Below are positions 63,795 to 64,000 of a stretch of 64,000 nucleotides of DNA, piece by piece. The notes under the pieces are model-generated. The model had not been told where the DNA came from. It made no database searches and saw nothing but the letters and a program-made list of their open reading frames with translations. The number at the start of each line of letters is the position of its first letter. Position 1 is the first letter of the stretch. A program made the position numbers and the translations under genes. The stretch comes from an uncultured Sphingomonadaceae bacterium (GTDB lineage Bacteria > Pseudomonadota > Alphaproteobacteria > Sphingomonadales > Sphingomonadaceae): the NCBI GenBank assembly GCA_964383565.1, contig CAYLIK010000001.1:1019-65018 (forward strand), read 5' to 3'.

Positions 63795-64000
63795 CTACAT
63801 TACCGGCTTGGGGAGAGTGGGGTCGTCCTGCAGATACCAGTTGAGCCATTCGTGGAAATACTGGTTGCCGCGCTCGTTGCGGCCGAACACCAGATCCTCA
63901 TGCGCGCCGGATTCCAAGCCCTTCTGAATCTCCAGGCCGATGACATAATCCTCATTATAGGTCACATCGCGCAGGAAATTGATCATCTGCTCGATCCCGG
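63795..64000 (-). CDS. Rieske oxygenase alpha subunit (subfamily C), C-terminal fragment; N-terminus lies beyond the window
   Basis: NEDYVIGLEIQKGLESGAHEDLVFGRNERGNQYFHEWLNWYLQDDPTLPKPVM aligns with the C-terminus of 16551..17738 (EEDYFLGLKVQNGLESGAMKHVTFGRNEPGNQYFHKWVDYYLAEGTLPKPLL). Confidence 0.65.
   Translation of the reverse strand, partial: GIEQMINFLRDVTYNEDYVIGLEIQKGLESGAHEDLVFGRNERGNQYFHEWLNWYLQDDPTLPKPVM

Noticed and set aside
1-64000. A search by eye for CRISPR arrays, tRNA or rRNA genes, IS elements, integrases, toxin-antitoxin or phage-defence genes.
   Set aside because: I found no spaced direct-repeat arrays, no cloverleaf-like or rRNA-like non-coding stretches (all intergenic gaps are under 300 bp), and no ORFs with transposase, integrase or nuclease signatures.

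Overview
This is a GC-rich, almost fully coding chromosomal segment, probably from a sphingomonad-type alphaproteobacterium (inference from gene content). I saw no rRNA, tRNA, CRISPR array, transposase or integrase. Positions 1 to about 10.7 kb are housekeeping genes: a partial ureD on the minus strand (missing from the ORF track), the urtABCDE urea ABC transporter, a thioredoxin-TPR protein, a Lon N-domain protein, a UbiH-family hydroxylase, a predicted hydrolase and an HDAC-family deacetylase. From about 10.7 kb to the window end is a ~53 kb catabolic supercluster. It holds 8 Rieske oxygenase alpha-subunit paralogs in three subfamilies, but only one Rieske ferredoxin and no reductase or canonical beta subunit. 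One of these paralogs is interrupted by an in-frame TGA, and a conserved tail continues in the same frame. The cluster also has 8 NTF2/SnoaL/LEH-fold genes (9 domains; several are translationally coupled to oxygenases and one is a tandem fusion), 7 SDRs, 3 PTGR/YncB-type MDR reductases, 3 VOC proteins and 3 TonB-dependent receptors. There are 3 acyl-CoA dehydrogenases, one overlapping an APH-type kinase (like ACAD10/11 or LvaA/LvaC), and a DUF35-thiolase-ACAD-E1alpha-E1beta-E2 operon with no E3. Other members are a P450, a GMC oxidoreductase, 2 ThuA-like proteins, a Tat-exported flavoprotein with a small CxxCH cytochrome, 2 TetR regulators and a LuxR solo. The most notable observations are:
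- the recoded or pseudogenised Rieske gene;
- the Rieske/NTF2 coupling, which may provide beta-subunit surrogates;
- a nine-gene translationally coupled operon that ends in a periplasmic flavocytochrome;
- the split kinase/ACAD pair;
- a duplicated receptor/reductase module with an identical 11-mer at identical spacing.
All family names come from motif recognition by eye, and no database search was run.
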